Below, one piece after another: positions 23,706-24,000 of a DNA stretch of 24,000 bases; position 1 is the stretch's first letter; the number at the start of each line of letters is the position of its first letter. Source of the DNA: Pseudomonas knackmussii B13 (GTDB taxonomy: Bacteria; Pseudomonadota; Gammaproteobacteria; Pseudomonadales; Pseudomonadaceae); assembly GCF_000689415.1 (NCBI RefSeq), contig NZ_HG322950.1, positions 514,295 to 538,294 of the forward strand, in the 5' to 3' direction. The position numbers were made by a program, and so were the translations under genes. The notes beneath the pieces are model-generated. The model ran no database searches and was not told where the DNA came from. It worked only from the letters and a program-made list of their open reading frames with translations.

Positions 23706-24000
23706 ATGAATCATCTTGTTCTCACGGTCATCGCCGCGGACCAGCCGGGTCTGGTCGAGCGGGTCGCCCAGTGCATCGCCGCGCACGGCGGCAACTGGCT
23801 GGAGAGCCGCATGTCGCGGATGGCCGGACAGTTCGCCGGGATCCTGCGCGTAGCGGTCCCTGCCGAGGGGTATGACGAACTGGTGGAAGGCCTGCAGGAG
23901 CTGGCCGACCACGGCATCCGGGTGATGCTGGCCGACAGCGGCATCGACCCGGCGTGCAACTGGAAGCCGATCCACCTCGACCTGGTGGGCAACGACCGCC
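23706..24000 (+). CDS. GcvR-like (glycine cleavage system transcriptional repressor family) tandem-ACT-domain protein. It is 3'-truncated by the window edge.
   Basis: It is absent from the ORF track because no stop is reached. ATG 23706 is preceded by GGAGGAG (23694-23700). My own translation is MNHLVLTVIAADQPGLVERVAQCIAAHGGNWLESRMSRMAGQFAGILRVAVP..., which is the typical N-terminal ACT domain of GcvR/UPF0237-like proteins. Confidence 0.75.
   Translation, partial: MNHLVLTVIAADQPGLVERVAQCIAAHGGNWLESRMSRMAGQFAGILRVAVPAEGYDELVEGLQELADHGIRVMLADSGIDPACNWKPIHLDLVGNDR

Noticed and set aside
1-24000. Genomic island or defence island signature
   Set aside because: By eye, composition is uniformly high-GC apart from short intergenic AT-rich patches at about 8040-8130 and 23060-23135. 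Gene content is housekeeping or envelope-related and largely syntenic with what I recall of P. aeruginosa. There are no tRNA attachment sites, flanking direct repeats, recombinases or nuclease/ATPase defence-type genes.

Overview
High-GC, densely coded chromosomal segment of Pseudomonas type. This assignment rests on protein recognition (GlcB, CreBCD, DbpA and the Csp are very close to P. aeruginosa-group proteins) and on three copies of the Pseudomonas REP core GTAGGAGCGAGCTTGCTCGCGAA. I call 23 protein-coding genes. In order they are: a 5'-truncated short-form malic enzyme; a translationally coupled NfeD protease/SPFH (stomatin-like) pair; an orphan periplasmic solute-binding protein; a YccS/YhfK-family membrane protein; dbpA (RNA helicase) divergent from a cspA-family cold-shock gene; a secreted retropepsin-like (DUF785) protein; a DHA2-type MFS transporter; two tandem DUF2780 secreted paralogues; a PlsC/YihG-type acyltransferase; a DUF3391 + HD-GYP c-di-GMP phosphodiesterase; a second secreted DUF785 paralogue; creB-creC-creD plus a small membrane ORF; a periplasmic Vgb-like beta-propeller + GST pair; malate synthase G (glcB); a GNAT acetyltransferase; and a 3'-truncated GcvR-like ACT-domain protein. 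I saw no rRNA, tRNA, CRISPR array, transposase, integrase or phage genes, and no abrupt compositional island, so this reads as core genome rather than an accessory or defence island. I cannot support a clearly new multi-gene system. The best leads are small-scale. (1) An 11-bp-phased NCCAC repeat array in the creC-creD spacer, a candidate CreB operator array. (2) A tandem anti-Shine-Dalgarno repeat in the csp leader. (3) An HD-GYP phosphodiesterase next to a secreted RimB-like DUF785 protein, directly upstream of creBCD. (4) A tandem DUF2780 pair split by a decayed REP element. Many long ORFs in the six-frame track are antisense or off-frame artefacts of the high GC content and were rejected.
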